DNA of 64,000 nucleotides from Candidatus Eiseniibacteriota bacterium (GTDB lineage Bacteria > Eisenbacteria > RBG-16-71-46): NCBI GenBank assembly GCA_963725865.1, contig CAVSAC010000010.1:480001-544000 (forward strand), in the 5' to 3' direction. Within the stretch, counting starts at the first letter, position 1; each line of letters starts with the position of its first letter. This document shows, piece by piece, positions 49,426 to 59,219 of this stretch. The position numbers and the translations under genes are program-made. The notes below the pieces were generated by a model. That model was not told the origin of the DNA. It saw only the letters and a program-made list of their open reading frames with translations, and ran no database searches.

Positions 49426-50294
49426 GCCGCGCCCCGGGCGGCCGGGCGCGGCGTCAGCAGCACGCGCAGCCCCATCAGCGCGGCCAGCGCCACGGCGTAG
49501 ATCAGGTAGCCCGAGACGTCGTGCATCGAGCCGGTGGCGTGCTTCACGTCGACGTAGTGGCCGACCAGGATCAGCAGCGTGATGCGGGCCGCGTTCCCCA
49601 GCATCGCGATCGGCACCGCGGCCACGGCGATCAGCGCCTTGCGCCACCCGGCGCCCGGCTGCAGGTAGCCGAACACCGCGCCGGTCGCGACCAGCGACAG
49701 CAGCGAGCGCAGCCCGCTGCACGGGTTCTCGATCCCCAGTACGCCCGTCGACAGCACCAGCGACATCCCGTCGCGCTGCAGCACCACGCCGAGCGCCTCG
49801 GCCGCGTGGGTCGAGAGCACGACGGTGATCTCCTTGAGGGCGTACGAAAGCGTGTTCATCACCACCGGCGGGAACGTGAGCATGAAGCCGAGGTAGGCAA
49901 GCGGGAACGCCAGCCGCGCGGTGAGCGCGTCCCCGAGGAACGTCAGGCTCGCGCCGAATCCGAGCGCCAGCAGCGACCAGCCTTGCAGCGCGAACACGTC
50001 CGCGCGCACACCGGCCACCTGCATCAGACAGCCGAGCGCGATCAGCGCGATCCCGCGCGCGTCGGGCCGCACCGGTACGCTCCGCAGCCGCCGGCGGTCC
50101 AGCCACACCAGCGCAGCGGAGACCAGCGGCACCAGCGGCCCGTGCGAGTAGTTGTCGTTCGTGGTCCAGGTCGTCCACAGCGATGCGAACGTGCGGTGGT
50201 AGGCCGCCGCCACGAGCGCGACCAGCACCGCCGCCTTCACGAGCGCGGGGCCGGGGGTGCGGCGCGTCGAGGTGGGGATCGCGATGGCGCTCAT
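49422..50294 (-). CDS. xrt: Exosortase (EpsH family)
   Basis: W....NYSHG.LVP; catalytic-type CSGLRS, N..RI and MH. Confidence 0.93.
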   Translation of the reverse strand: MSAIAIPTSTRRTPGPALVKAAVLVALVAAAYHRTFASLWTTWTTNDNYSHGPLVPLVSAALVWLDRRRLRSVPVRPDARGIALIALGCLMQVAGVRADVFALQGWSLLALGFGASLTFLGDALTARLAFPLAYLGFMLTFPPVVMNTLSYALKEITVVLSTHAAEALGVVLQRDGMSLVLSTGVLGIENPCSGLRSLLSLVATGAVFGYLQPGAGWRKALIAVAAVPIAMLGNAARITLLILVGHYVDVKHATGSMHDVSGYLIYAVALAALMGLRVLLTPRPAARGAA

Positions 50295-50313
50295 GGGTCT
50301 CGGGCCGTCACAC

Positions 50314-52119
50314 TCAGTACACGCCGCGCGACGAGAACAGCGTCACGGCCGTGCGGAACAGGATGAACACATCGGTCCAGGGCGACACGTGCTCGAGGTA
50401 CCAGCGGTCGTAGGCGACCTTGCGGTCGAGCGGGATGTCGTCGCGACCATGGATCTGGGCCCATCCTGTCACACCGGGTTTCAGGGCGTCCACCCCGGCG
50501 GCCTGGCGCAGCGCGATCAGGTCGTCCTGGTTGTGCAGCGCGGGGCGCGGCCCCACCAGGGTCATCTCGCCACGCAGCACGTTGATGAGCTGCGGCAGCT
50601 CGTCGAGGCTGGTGCGCCGCAGGAAGCGACCGAGCCGCGTCACGCTCGCGGCGCGCGGTCCCATCAGGTGCGAGGCGAGGTCCGGGGTGCCCACCTGCAT
50701 GGTGCGGAACTTGAGGATCGAGAACTCGCTCGAGGCGCGTCCGATCCGCCGCTGTCGGAACAGCGACGGCCCGCGCGAGTCGATCCGGATCGCGATCGCG
50801 ATCAGCATCAGCACCGGCGCGAGCACCAGCAGCAGCACGCCCGCCACCAGCACGTCGCACGCCCGCTTGGCGAATGCGGCGAGTCCGCGCGGCCGCGGCG
50901 CGATGGCGCGCCCGCGCGCGCCGCGCTGCGCGGACTCCACCAGCCGCACCAGGCGCTCGCCGAGCGCTCGGCGCGAATACTCGCGCTCGACGAAGCGCGG
51001 GCCCGCCGCTGCCAGCACCGCGCGCCGCGCCGGATCGGCCGCGAGCGCCACCAGCGCCGCCGCGAGCGCCGCGCCGTCGCCGGGCGGCACCACCACGCCG
51101 CCGCCGGAGGCGTCGACGACGGCCGCCGCGTCGCCGCGCACCGCCGCCACCACCGGCACGCCGCACGCCAGGTAGTCGAACAGCTTGACCGGGATGGTCT
51201 CGCCGGTGAACTCGTGGGCCCGCGTGGTGGCGACGCACGCGTCCGCCGCGTGCAGCAGCGCGACCAGCTCGCGCGGTGCGACGCTGGGGCGGAACTCCAC
51301 GTTCGCGAGGCCGGCGGCGGCGGCGCGCTCCATCAGGGCGGGCTTCGCCACGCCGTCGCCCACCAGCAGGAAGCGGATGTCCGCGCGCCCGCGCAGCCGC
51401 TCGGCGGCGTCGAGCAGCGCCTCCATGCCGTGCACCAGCCCATGGGTGCCCGCGTAGAGCGCCGTGAACGGCGTCCCGACCGGCCGCGCGGGCGCGGGCG
51501 TGAACAGCTCGGTGTCGGCGCCGTTCGTGATCAGCGCGAGCCGGCCGGCGTCGAGGCCGCGCGCGGCGAGCGCCCGCTGCATGCCGGGGGTCACCGCGAT
51601 CACCCGCGCCGCCCGGCGCTGCAGGAAGCGCGAGTTCGCCTCCAGCAGCCGGGTCGCGAGCCCCGGCGTCATCTCGCCGAGCGCGATCGCGGCGTGCGGC
51701 CAGTCGTCGCGCATGTCGAGCACCAGCGGCGCGCGGTGGCGGCGCGCGGCGAGCCACGCGCTGAGCCCGAGGAACAGCGGCGGGACGCTGGCGATCACCA
51801 CATCCGGCGGCGGCCCACCGAGCGCCACGGGCAGCGCGGACCACGCGAACGTCAGGTGGTTCCACAGCCGCGTGAGCGCGGTCTTGCGCGGCGTGGCATA
51901 CAGCCACACCCGCTCGACCGTGACGCCGTCGAGCGTCTCGGTGGCCCGCCGGGTCGCAGCGTACTGCGGCTGGATCACCCCGCCCGGGTGGTTCGGCAGC
52001 CCGGTGAGCACCCGCACCTGGTGCCCCGCGCGCACCAGCGCGCGCGCGAAGTGGAGCGCCCGCGCCGGTGCCGCGCCGGTCTCGGGCGGGAAGTACTGGC
52101 TGATCAGCAGGACGCGCAC
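50314..52119 (-). CDS. GT4 (WbuB-like) glycosyltransferase fused to a monotopic phosphoglycosyl (priming) transferase
   Basis: SQYFPPE.GA..., YAGTHG..HG, PVKLFDYLA; then KR.CD...KFRTM...LRRTSLDELPQ..NV.RGEM..VGPRP..KPGVTGWAQ, all in one frame. Confidence 0.9.
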   Translation of the reverse strand: MRVLLISQYFPPETGAAPARALHFARALVRAGHQVRVLTGLPNHPGGVIQPQYAATRRATETLDGVTVERVWLYATPRKTALTRLWNHLTFAWSALPVALGGPPPDVVIASVPPLFLGLSAWLAARRHRAPLVLDMRDDWPHAAIALGEMTPGLATRLLEANSRFLQRRAARVIAVTPGMQRALAARGLDAGRLALITNGADTELFTPAPARPVGTPFTALYAGTHGLVHGMEALLDAAERLRGRADIRFLLVGDGVAKPALMERAAAAGLANVEFRPSVAPRELVALLHAADACVATTRAHEFTGETIPVKLFDYLACGVPVVAAVRGDAAAVVDASGGGVVVPPGDGAALAAALVALAADPARRAVLAAAGPRFVEREYSRRALGERLVRLVESAQRGARGRAIAPRPRGLAAFAKRACDVLVAGVLLLVLAPVLMLIAIAIRIDSRGPSLFRQRRIGRASSEFSILKFRTMQVGTPDLASHLMGPRAASVTRLGRFLRRTSLDELPQLINVLRGEMTLVGPRPALHNQDDLIALRQAAGVDALKPGVTGWAQIHGRDDIPLDRKVAYDRWYLEHVSPWTDVFILFRTAVTLFSSRGVY

Positions 52120-52130
52120 GCGGCCGGCCC

Positions 52131-53018
52131 TCAGGCCTTCGCCGCCACGGCCAGCTGGCGCTTGGCGTGCCCGTGCGCGAGCCGCCACTGGCGCTGCAAC
52201 GGTCGCAGCAGCCCTTCGTACACCGGCGTGGGCAGCGTCCCCAGGCCGCCCCAGTAGAGCTCGTGGTGCACCATGCGCAGGCCGTTCGCCTCCATCACGC
52301 GCCGCATCTCGGCGGGCGGGAACGTGCGCTCGACCGCGTAGGCATGGGTGATGCCGTCGGGTGCCGTGTACTGCTGGCTCACCTCGGTGCGCAGCCCGGC
52401 GAGCCGCGCCACGTGGGCCGGGTGCGCGCCGTTGATGTCCCCCACCACCAGCACGCCGCCGGGCCGCAGGTGGTCGCGCACCGCGCGCAGGAAGTCGTCG
52501 AGCGGCTCGATGTGCGACAGCGCGTTGTACACCCACACCAGGTCGGCGTCGGTGCTCCACGTCCGCGTGAGGTCGGCGCGCTCGTAGCGCACCGGCAGCA
52601 CCTCGCCGGTGCTCTCGCGATGGAATGCCAGCCGCAGCTGGGCCGCCTCGAGGCGGTCGGGCCGCAGATCCGCGCCCACCACCTCGGCGCCGACCGACGC
52701 GTACAGCATGGCGTAGGTCCCGAACCCGGAGCCGGCGTCCATGACGATCGGCCGCGGGCCGGACGCCACGCGCTCGGCCAGCCAGCGCGAGGTCCAGCCC
52801 GCCTCGCTGCGCCAGAAGCCGCGCAGGTAGCGGCGGATCCCCGGCTCGTCCCCCGGACGCGGCAGCTTCTTGTAGTAGTCGGCGAACGCCTCGCGCTCGC
52901 CGGCGGGCAGGAAGCGCGCGTGCGCGGGGTATTCCACCTCGATGGTCCAGCGCACGAAGCGCTCGAGCGCGGTGCGCGCATCGGGGTGCGGCGTGGTGGG
53001 CGGGGCTGCGTCGCTCAT
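52131..53018 (-). CDS. Class I SAM-dependent methyltransferase
   Basis: MDAGSGFG, VVGADL, ALSHI, LRPGGVLVV. Confidence 0.85.
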   Translation of the reverse strand: MSDAAPPTTPHPDARTALERFVRWTIEVEYPAHARFLPAGEREAFADYYKKLPRPGDEPGIRRYLRGFWRSEAGWTSRWLAERVASGPRPIVMDAGSGFGTYAMLYASVGAEVVGADLRPDRLEAAQLRLAFHRESTGEVLPVRYERADLTRTWSTDADLVWVYNALSHIEPLDDFLRAVRDHLRPGGVLVVGDINGAHPAHVARLAGLRTEVSQQYTAPDGITHAYAVERTFPPAEMRRVMEANGLRMVHHELYWGGLGTLPTPVYEGLLRPLQRQWRLAHGHAKRQLAVAAKA

Positions 53019-53036
53019 GGTCGGGCGCTCCTTGGC

Positions 53037-53609
53037 TCAGCGGATCGGGACGACGGCATACAGCTTCTCGAGGTGGGGGATGGAGACGCGCACGACCACG
53101 GCAGAGTCCGGGTAGTCGCGCGGGATGCGGAACCGAGTCATAGTCATGCGCCTGTACGTGCTCCGTTTGCAGGCGATTCGCTGGCGACGTCCGTCACGGT
53201 CGAAGAGCGCCACTGAGTACCGGATCGGACGCTGATCCCCCTCCACATAGACGCTCACGACACCATGGGGGTCGAGCGGTCGCGGACTCACATAGACCGA
53301 CCGCACGCGCGCGCCGGCTGAGAACTCCTTCGGACTTCTATCCGCCTCCCACGGGGGCACGGTCGTGAATACACGGTGCGAAGCGTCCTCGCACCAGTCC
53401 GGGATGCGATTGTTGTTGGCGTCCGGATCTTTTCGGTACAACTGCACCAAGTGCCATCCTCGATCCACCTGGTTCGGCGAGCGAGCGAATCGTCCCGTGG
53501 AATCGGGAGCCGGCCACTTGGATGCGGCCCGCGCCGGACCTGCCAGCATGCCGAGCGCGAGCGCGGCCGAGAGCATCCACCCCGACCTCGTCGCGCGACT
53601 CGTCCTCAC
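53037..53609 (-). CDS. Small exported hypothetical protein with a degenerate CTD-like C-terminus
   Basis: GTGA overlap with the capA-like stop; signal peptide ..GPARA/A; visibly lower GC than its neighbours. Confidence 0.6.
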   Translation of the reverse strand: MRTSRATRSGWMLSAALALGMLAGPARAASKWPAPDSTGRFARSPNQVDRGWHLVQLYRKDPDANNNRIPDWCEDASHRVFTTVPPWEADRSPKEFSAGARVRSVYVSPRPLDPHGVVSVYVEGDQRPIRYSVALFDRDGRRQRIACKRSTYRRMTMTRFRIPRDYPDSAVVVRVSIPHLEKLYAVVPIR

Positions 53610-54733
53610 GTCGACCTCCGCAGGCGCGTGAGCGCCTGCCACAGCAGCGGCAGGTGGCGCGGGCGCAGGCTGCCGAGCAGCTTCGCGACCCGGTCGATGC
53701 GACCCTGCCTCAGATAGGTGCCGAGACTCTGCAGCTCGTAGCGCAGCAGCGTGGGGGCGGACTCGGCGGCGAACCGCGCCCCAGCGTCCGCGAGCCCGTC
53801 GGACAGCCGCCGCAGCCGCTGCTCGAGTGCCAGGGCGCGCGCGGGCGCGGGCGACTGGGGCAGCCCGTCGTCGTCGAGTTCGAACGGCGTCACGTCGAGC
53901 CCGTGCTGCTCCGCCACCGTGACGGTGAACACGCCGGTGAGCCGCCGCACGTCGGTCGCCACCTGCGCCTCGAAGTCGCCGGCGGCGGCGTCGAACACGA
54001 AGTCGCCGAGGCTGAACAGCGTGAGCGTGCGCCCTGCGCGCCGCGCGCCCTGGGTGACGTGCGGGTGGTGACCGATCACGAGGTCGGCGCCGGCCTCGGC
54101 GAGCGTCTGCGCCAGCTCCATCACGCGCGGCGGCGGGTAGTCGACGTACATCGAACCCCAGTGCACACTCGCCACCAGCAGATCGGCCTCCGGACGCCAG
54201 CGCGCCAGGTCGGCGCGCACGATCTCGGACTCGAGCGGCGCGGTGCCCGGCACGCCCGCGCCCGCGCGGCCGGCGACCGAGGCGCTCCACGCCAGCACCA
54301 CCACGCGCCGCCCGCGGACCGCGAGCCGCGCGGGCGCGCGCGCGGCGTCGAGGTCGGCGCCGGCGCCCGCGGTCGCGAGCCCCGCCTCCGCGCACGCGGC
54401 GAGCGTGGCGGCCAGGCCGCGCGGGCCGCAGTCCATCATGTGGTTGTTCGCGAGCGAGACCACGCGCACGCCGGCGCGCGCGAGTGCGGCCGGCACGCCA
54501 CGATCGAGCCGGAACTCCGCGCCGCGGCCGGGCTCCACCCAGGCGGGCTCGCCGACCGGCGATTCCAGGTTCGCGAACGCCAGGTCGGCCGCGCGCAGCG
54601 CGGGTGCGACGGCCGCGAACACGGCGTCGTCGCCGTGCGCGCGGGCGTGGGCCCGCGCCCTGCCGAGCACCGCGACGTCGCCCACCGCGGCGAGGCGCAG
54701 CAGCGGCGCGCCGACCGGCTCAAGCAGCCGCAT
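53606..54733 (-). CDS. CapA/PGA_cap family metallophosphatase-like protein
   Basis: AVGDV, ANLE.P, SLANNH..D.G..G, SVHWG, IGHHPHV.Q, SLGDFVFD. Confidence 0.88.
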   Translation of the reverse strand: MRLLEPVGAPLLRLAAVGDVAVLGRARAHARAHGDDAVFAAVAPALRAADLAFANLESPVGEPAWVEPGRGAEFRLDRGVPAALARAGVRVVSLANNHMMDCGPRGLAATLAACAEAGLATAGAGADLDAARAPARLAVRGRRVVVLAWSASVAGRAGAGVPGTAPLESEIVRADLARWRPEADLLVASVHWGSMYVDYPPPRVMELAQTLAEAGADLVIGHHPHVTQGARRAGRTLTLFSLGDFVFDAAAGDFEAQVATDVRRLTGVFTVTVAEQHGLDVTPFELDDDGLPQSPAPARALALEQRLRRLSDGLADAGARFAAESAPTLLRYELQSLGTYLRQGRIDRVAKLLGSLRPRHLPLLWQALTRLRRST

Positions 54734-55877
54734 GGCGCCCTCCCGGAGCCGGCTCCGGCCGCCCGGCCTCGGCCAGTGCCGAGCGGTACAGCGCCTCGGT
54801 CTCGCGCACCATGCGCTCCGCGGTGAAGCGCTCCTCCCAGCGCGCGCGAGCGGCGCGCCCCATCGCCTCGCGGCGCGGCGCGTCGTCGATCAGCTCGCCC
54901 AGCGCGGCGGCGAGCGCGGGCACCTCGCCGACCGGGGTGACGCGGCCGCTGACGCGGTCCTCGACCGCCTCGGCGCAGCCCCCGATGTCGGTCACCGCGG
55001 CGGCGCGGCCGGCGCGCATCGCCTCTAGCAGCGTCACCGAGAGTCCCTCGCGCTCGGACGACAGCGCAAACACGTCGCACGCCTCCATCAGGTCGGCGAT
55101 GTCGGCGCGCGCGCCCAGCAGCCGCACCCGATCGCCGAGGCCGAGTGCCGCGACGCGCGCCTCCAGCGGCCCGCGCAACGGTCCCTCGCCCGCCAGCACC
55201 AGTCGTGCGCCGGGCCGCGAGCGGGCCGCGAGGGCGAACGCCTCCACCAGCACGTGCTGGGCCTTCTGACGGGTCAGGCTGCCGACCGTGAGCACCAGGG
55301 TCTCGGCGGCGCCGAGGCCGAGCGCGGCACGCACCTCTTCACGCGGGCGGGTGTGCGGTGCGGACGCGATGCCATTGGCCACGGTGACGAAGCGCCGCGA
55401 CGCCCAGGGCAGGCGGCGAACGTGGCTGTCGTGCACGGCCCGGCACACGCACACCACGCGTCGCGTGAAGAGCGTCTCCAGACGTTCGAGGATGGGATAG
55501 AAGAGCGAATGGCGGCCGCGGTAGTGCAGGCTGTGCTCGGTGCGCACCATCACCCGCACCCCCGCCAGCCGCGCCGCCACCACGCCGTACAGCGCGCCGG
55601 TCGGGTTGTGGCCGTTCACCACGTCGATGCGCGCCGCGCGCAGCAGCCGCGCGAGGTCGAACGGCGCGGCGAGGCGCCGCAGCAGCGGGTGACCGCCCGG
55701 CCGGCGCAGCGTCTCGACGTGGGCACCCAGCGCGCGCGCCTGCTCGAGCGCCGGACCGCCGCGGTTGAGCGCGACGATCCAGGTCTCGACCCCCGGCCCG
55801 GCGCAGCGCACGTGCTCCAGGATCAGCGACTCCGCGCCGCCGGTGTGCATCGCCTCGATCACGTGCGCGACCCTCAT
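54720..55877 (-). CDS. Glycosyltransferase family 4
   Basis: GGAE, NGI, VGSL..QK, SS..EGL...LLEAM.AG. Confidence 0.9.
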   Translation of the reverse strand: MRVAHVIEAMHTGGAESLILEHVRCAGPGVETWIVALNRGGPALEQARALGAHVETLRRPGGHPLLRRLAAPFDLARLLRAARIDVVNGHNPTGALYGVVAARLAGVRVMVRTEHSLHYRGRHSLFYPILERLETLFTRRVVCVCRAVHDSHVRRLPWASRRFVTVANGIASAPHTRPREEVRAALGLGAAETLVLTVGSLTRQKAQHVLVEAFALAARSRPGARLVLAGEGPLRGPLEARVAALGLGDRVRLLGARADIADLMEACDVFALSSEREGLSVTLLEAMRAGRAAAVTDIGGCAEAVEDRVSGRVTPVGEVPALAAALGELIDDAPRREAMGRAARARWEERFTAERMVRETEALYRSALAEAGRPEPAPGGRHAAA

Positions 55878-57097
55878 GGGCGCCCCCGCGCGGGCGCGCC
55901 ATCCTGCCAGAGCGCGTAGAGCCGCGCGAAGTTGGTCTCGGCGTCGAAGCCGCCGGTGGCGCGCGCGCGCGCCTGAGCGCCCATGCGGTCGACCGAGGAC
56001 GGATCGTCGAGCAGTGCCCCGAGCCCGTCCGCCAGCCCCTCGACGTCCTCGGGGTCGGCGAGTGCTCCGGTCACGCCCGGCTCGATCGCCTCCTCGAGCC
56101 CGGCCGCGCGGGTGCCCACGCACGGCACCCCCATCGCCATCGCCTCGATCACCACGTTCGGGATTCCGTCGCGCCGCCCGTTCGCCAGCACCCGGCAGGG
56201 CGCCAGCAGCGCCCACGCGCGCCGGTACCACGGCAGGATCCGGTCGTGGGTCAGCGCCCCGGTGAACGTGACGCGGTCGCCCACGCCCTCGGCGCGCGCG
56301 AGCGCCTCGAGGGCGCCGCGCTCGGGACCGTCGCCGATCACCACCAGCCGCCCGGCGCGCCCGCGCCGCGCGAGCACGGCCAGCGCGCGCACGGCGAGGT
56401 CGAAGCCCTTCGGCATCGCGAGGCGGCCGACCACCAGGAACAGCGGCTCGGGGTCGCGCGCGCGGCCGCCGCCGTCGAAGCGCGCGAGGTCGACGCCGTG
56501 GTAGATCCACTCCACGCGCGCGCCCGGGCCGGCGAGCGCACGCAGCAGGTCGGCGTTGCCGCGCACGCACGCCGCCACGAATTCGGCCGCCCGCACCTTC
56601 TCGGCGAGGAACGCGCGGGTGCGATAGAGGTCGGCGCCGGCGTGCGCCGCCATGCTGAAGCGGCGGCCGGTCAGCCGCGCGGCCAGGTACGCGACACTGG
56701 CCGGGAAATGCGCCCACGCCCCGTGCACCACCTCGAGGTCCTCGCGCTCGACCCACGCCGCCACCCGCGCCGCCGCCGGCAGGTAGCCCAGGTGGCCCGC
56801 GAGCGCGTAGCCGCTCCCGCGCGAGGCCCACAGCATGCGCGCCACCTCGGGCACCAGCACGTGCGGGCGCCGCACCAGCCAGCCCAGCAGCGCCGCCCAC
56901 GCGGCGGGGTCGGTGAGCGAGCCGACCGGCGTGGTCAGTGGCACCAGCGCCGCGTGCTCGGGCTGGTACTCGGCGCTCACCCCGCGGAGCGTGTACACGC
57001 GCACCTTCACGCCGCGCGCGACCAGGCGGTGGACCTCGTTCTCGAGGAACGCCGCGAGCGTGGGGAACGTGGTGGTGACGAACGCGAGCGACTTCAT
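55874..57097 (-). CDS. Glycosyltransferase family 4 (WcaL-like)
   Basis: FP...F..NEV, H.AWAH.PA, H..DLY, VGRL..PKG, DGIPNV.IEAMAMG. Confidence 0.9.
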   Translation of the reverse strand: MKSLAFVTTTFPTLAAFLENEVHRLVARGVKVRVYTLRGVSAEYQPEHAALVPLTTPVGSLTDPAAWAALLGWLVRRPHVLVPEVARMLWASRGSGYALAGHLGYLPAAARVAAWVEREDLEVVHGAWAHFPASVAYLAARLTGRRFSMAAHAGADLYRTRAFLAEKVRAAEFVAACVRGNADLLRALAGPGARVEWIYHGVDLARFDGGGRARDPEPLFLVVGRLAMPKGFDLAVRALAVLARRGRAGRLVVIGDGPERGALEALARAEGVGDRVTFTGALTHDRILPWYRRAWALLAPCRVLANGRRDGIPNVVIEAMAMGVPCVGTRAAGLEEAIEPGVTGALADPEDVEGLADGLGALLDDPSSVDRMGAQARARATGGFDAETNFARLYALWQDGAPARGRP

Positions 57098-58218
57098 TGC
57101 GCCCGCCCCGCCACGCGCGCGTAGAACTCCTCGTGAAGGCGCGCCATGCGATCGATGCTCATGGCCTCCGCCGCGCGCCGTGCCGCCGCCGCGCGCCGTG
57201 CCGCCTCGGCGGGGCGCGCGAGCGCGTCCGCGAGCGCGGCGGCCAGCGCGTCCGGATCCTGCGGCGGCACCAGCCAGCCCGTCTCGCCGTCGGCCATCAC
57301 CTCGGGCGTGCCGCCCACCGCGGTCGCCACCGAGGCGCGTCCCGCCGCCATCGCCTCGAGCAGCGCGTTGGGGATGCCCTCCTCGCGCGAGGAGAGCACG
57401 AACAGGTCCAGCGCCGGCAGTAGCCGCTCGACGTCGGCGCGCTCGCCGAGGAAGCGCACGCGATCGGTCAGGCCGAGGCGCGCGGCGTGCGCCTCGAGAG
57501 CGGCGCGGTCGGGGCCGTCGCCCACCACCGCGGCGCGGAACGCCACCCCGCGCGCGTCCAGCCGCGCGAGCGCCTCGAGCAGCGTGCCCTGGTCCTTGCG
57601 CGGCGCGAGGCAGCCGACCGTGCCCACGAGCGGCGCGCCGTCGATCGCACCGAGCTCGGTCCGCGGGGCTGCCGGCACCCGGAAGCGCGCGACGTCTACG
57701 CCATTCGGGATCACGGTGATGCGCGCGCGCGGTACCCCGAGGGCGACCACGGTGTCGGCCACGGCCTCGCTCACCGCGGTCACGTGGGTCGCGTGGCGGT
57801 GCACGAAGCGCTGGATCGCCACCTGGCGCGGGGTCTCGAACGCGTCCACGTTGCGCTTGGCCACCACCACGGCGCGCACCCCGCACAGGCGGCCGGCCAG
57901 CACCGCGTACAGGTTGGGGCCGTACAGGTAGCCGTGCACCACGTCGGGCCGGAAGCGCCGCACGAGGCCCACGAGGCGCGCGAGTCCGCGCCAGCCCGCC
58001 GGGCCGTAGACCGGCCCGGTCACGCCGAGGTCGTGGAGCGGCCAGCCGAGCTCCCTCACCGCGGCGGTGAACTGGCCCTCGGCGCGGAAGCACGCGATCT
58101 CGACCGCGAAGCGTTCGCGGTCGATGCGCTTCCACAGCTCGAGCAGGTGGCGCTCCGCCCCGCCGGCCACGAAGTTGCCGACCACGTACAGCACCCGGAT
58201 GCGACCGGCAGGGCTCAC
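57094..58218 (-). CDS. Glycosyltransferase family 4
   Basis: GGAERH, AVSEAV, IPNGVD, SSREEGIPNALLEAMAAG. Confidence 0.9.
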   Translation of the reverse strand: MSPAGRIRVLYVVGNFVAGGAERHLLELWKRIDRERFAVEIACFRAEGQFTAAVRELGWPLHDLGVTGPVYGPAGWRGLARLVGLVRRFRPDVVHGYLYGPNLYAVLAGRLCGVRAVVVAKRNVDAFETPRQVAIQRFVHRHATHVTAVSEAVADTVVALGVPRARITVIPNGVDVARFRVPAAPRTELGAIDGAPLVGTVGCLAPRKDQGTLLEALARLDARGVAFRAAVVGDGPDRAALEAHAARLGLTDRVRFLGERADVERLLPALDLFVLSSREEGIPNALLEAMAAGRASVATAVGGTPEVMADGETGWLVPPQDPDALAAALADALARPAEAARRAAAARRAAEAMSIDRMARLHEEFYARVAGRAQ

Positions 58219-59219
58219 GCCGCGGCCTCCGCGGGCGCGCCGCGCAGGCGGTCGAACGCCCCGTCCAGCTCCGCCACCGTCAGGTGCGCCGAGAAGCGCC
58301 CGCCCGGTCCCAGGCACGCGCCGTCGGAGAGCCCGCGGCGGCGCAGCTCGAACGGCAGAGCACCCGCCGCGACGTCGCCGCGCCGCGTGGTCACGGCGTG
58401 CGTCAGGCCGAGGTCGCGGCAGGCCGCCAGCGTGTCGCCGTTGTAGTCGCCGACCGGGTACGCGAGCCCCGCGGGCCGTACGCCGAGGCGGCGCTCGATC
58501 AGCGCGCGCGAGCCGTCGATCTCGGCCACCTGCTCCTCGTACGTGAGCGTGCCCAGGAACGGATGCGCGAGCGTGTGCGCTCCGATCTCCATGCGTGCGT
58601 CCCGCAGGCGCGCGGCCTCCTCCCAGGTGGCGAGCTCGCACGGCGCTGGCGTGTCCACCGCGAGCTCGCGGCGCAGCCGGTCGAGCACTTCGCGCTGGCG
58701 CTCGGGGCGGGCGCGCAGGCGCGGCAGCAGCGCGGTGAGCAGCGCGCGCCGGTCGGACCGCGGATCGAGCGCGCGCGTCCCGCTCGCGAGCCCCCCGTCC
58801 CAGCGCTCGACCCGCGTGGCCTCGAGCACGTGCGTGAGCTCGTCCCACCACGGCGCGCGACGCTCCTCCATCAGGCCGGCCGTCAGGTAGAACGTCGCCC
58901 GCGCGCCGTGGCGCTCGAGCAGCGGCAGCGCGCGCTGCACGTTGTCGGCGTAGCCGTCGTCGAAGCTCATCGCCACCCAGCGGCCGCGCCCGTCCGCGAG
59001 CCGCGCGAGCCCTTCGCTCACCGTCAGCGGCGCGAGCCCGTGCCGCGCGAGCAGCGCCAGCTGGGCCTCCAGCACCGGCGCGCTCACGCCGAGCCGGTAC
59101 AGCGGCCGCTCGCCCTCGGCGTACACGCGGTGATGGCGCACGATCGTGAGGGACGCCGCGCGCGCGCGGCGCGGGGCGTGGGCGAGCGCCAGCAGCCAGC
59201 GGACCAGGCGGCCGTTCAC
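58215..59219 (-). CDS. Polysaccharide deacetylase (NodB-like)
   Basis: HHRV, SFDDGYADN, ATFY, IGAHT..HP, AYPVG. Confidence 0.9.
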   Translation of the reverse strand: MNGRLVRWLLALAHAPRRARAASLTIVRHHRVYAEGERPLYRLGVSAPVLEAQLALLARHGLAPLTVSEGLARLADGRGRWVAMSFDDGYADNVQRALPLLERHGARATFYLTAGLMEERRAPWWDELTHVLEATRVERWDGGLASGTRALDPRSDRRALLTALLPRLRARPERQREVLDRLRRELAVDTPAPCELATWEEAARLRDARMEIGAHTLAHPFLGTLTYEEQVAEIDGSRALIERRLGVRPAGLAYPVGDYNGDTLAACRDLGLTHAVTTRRGDVAAGALPFELRRRGLSDGACLGPGGRFSAHLTVAELDGAFDRLRGAPAEAAA

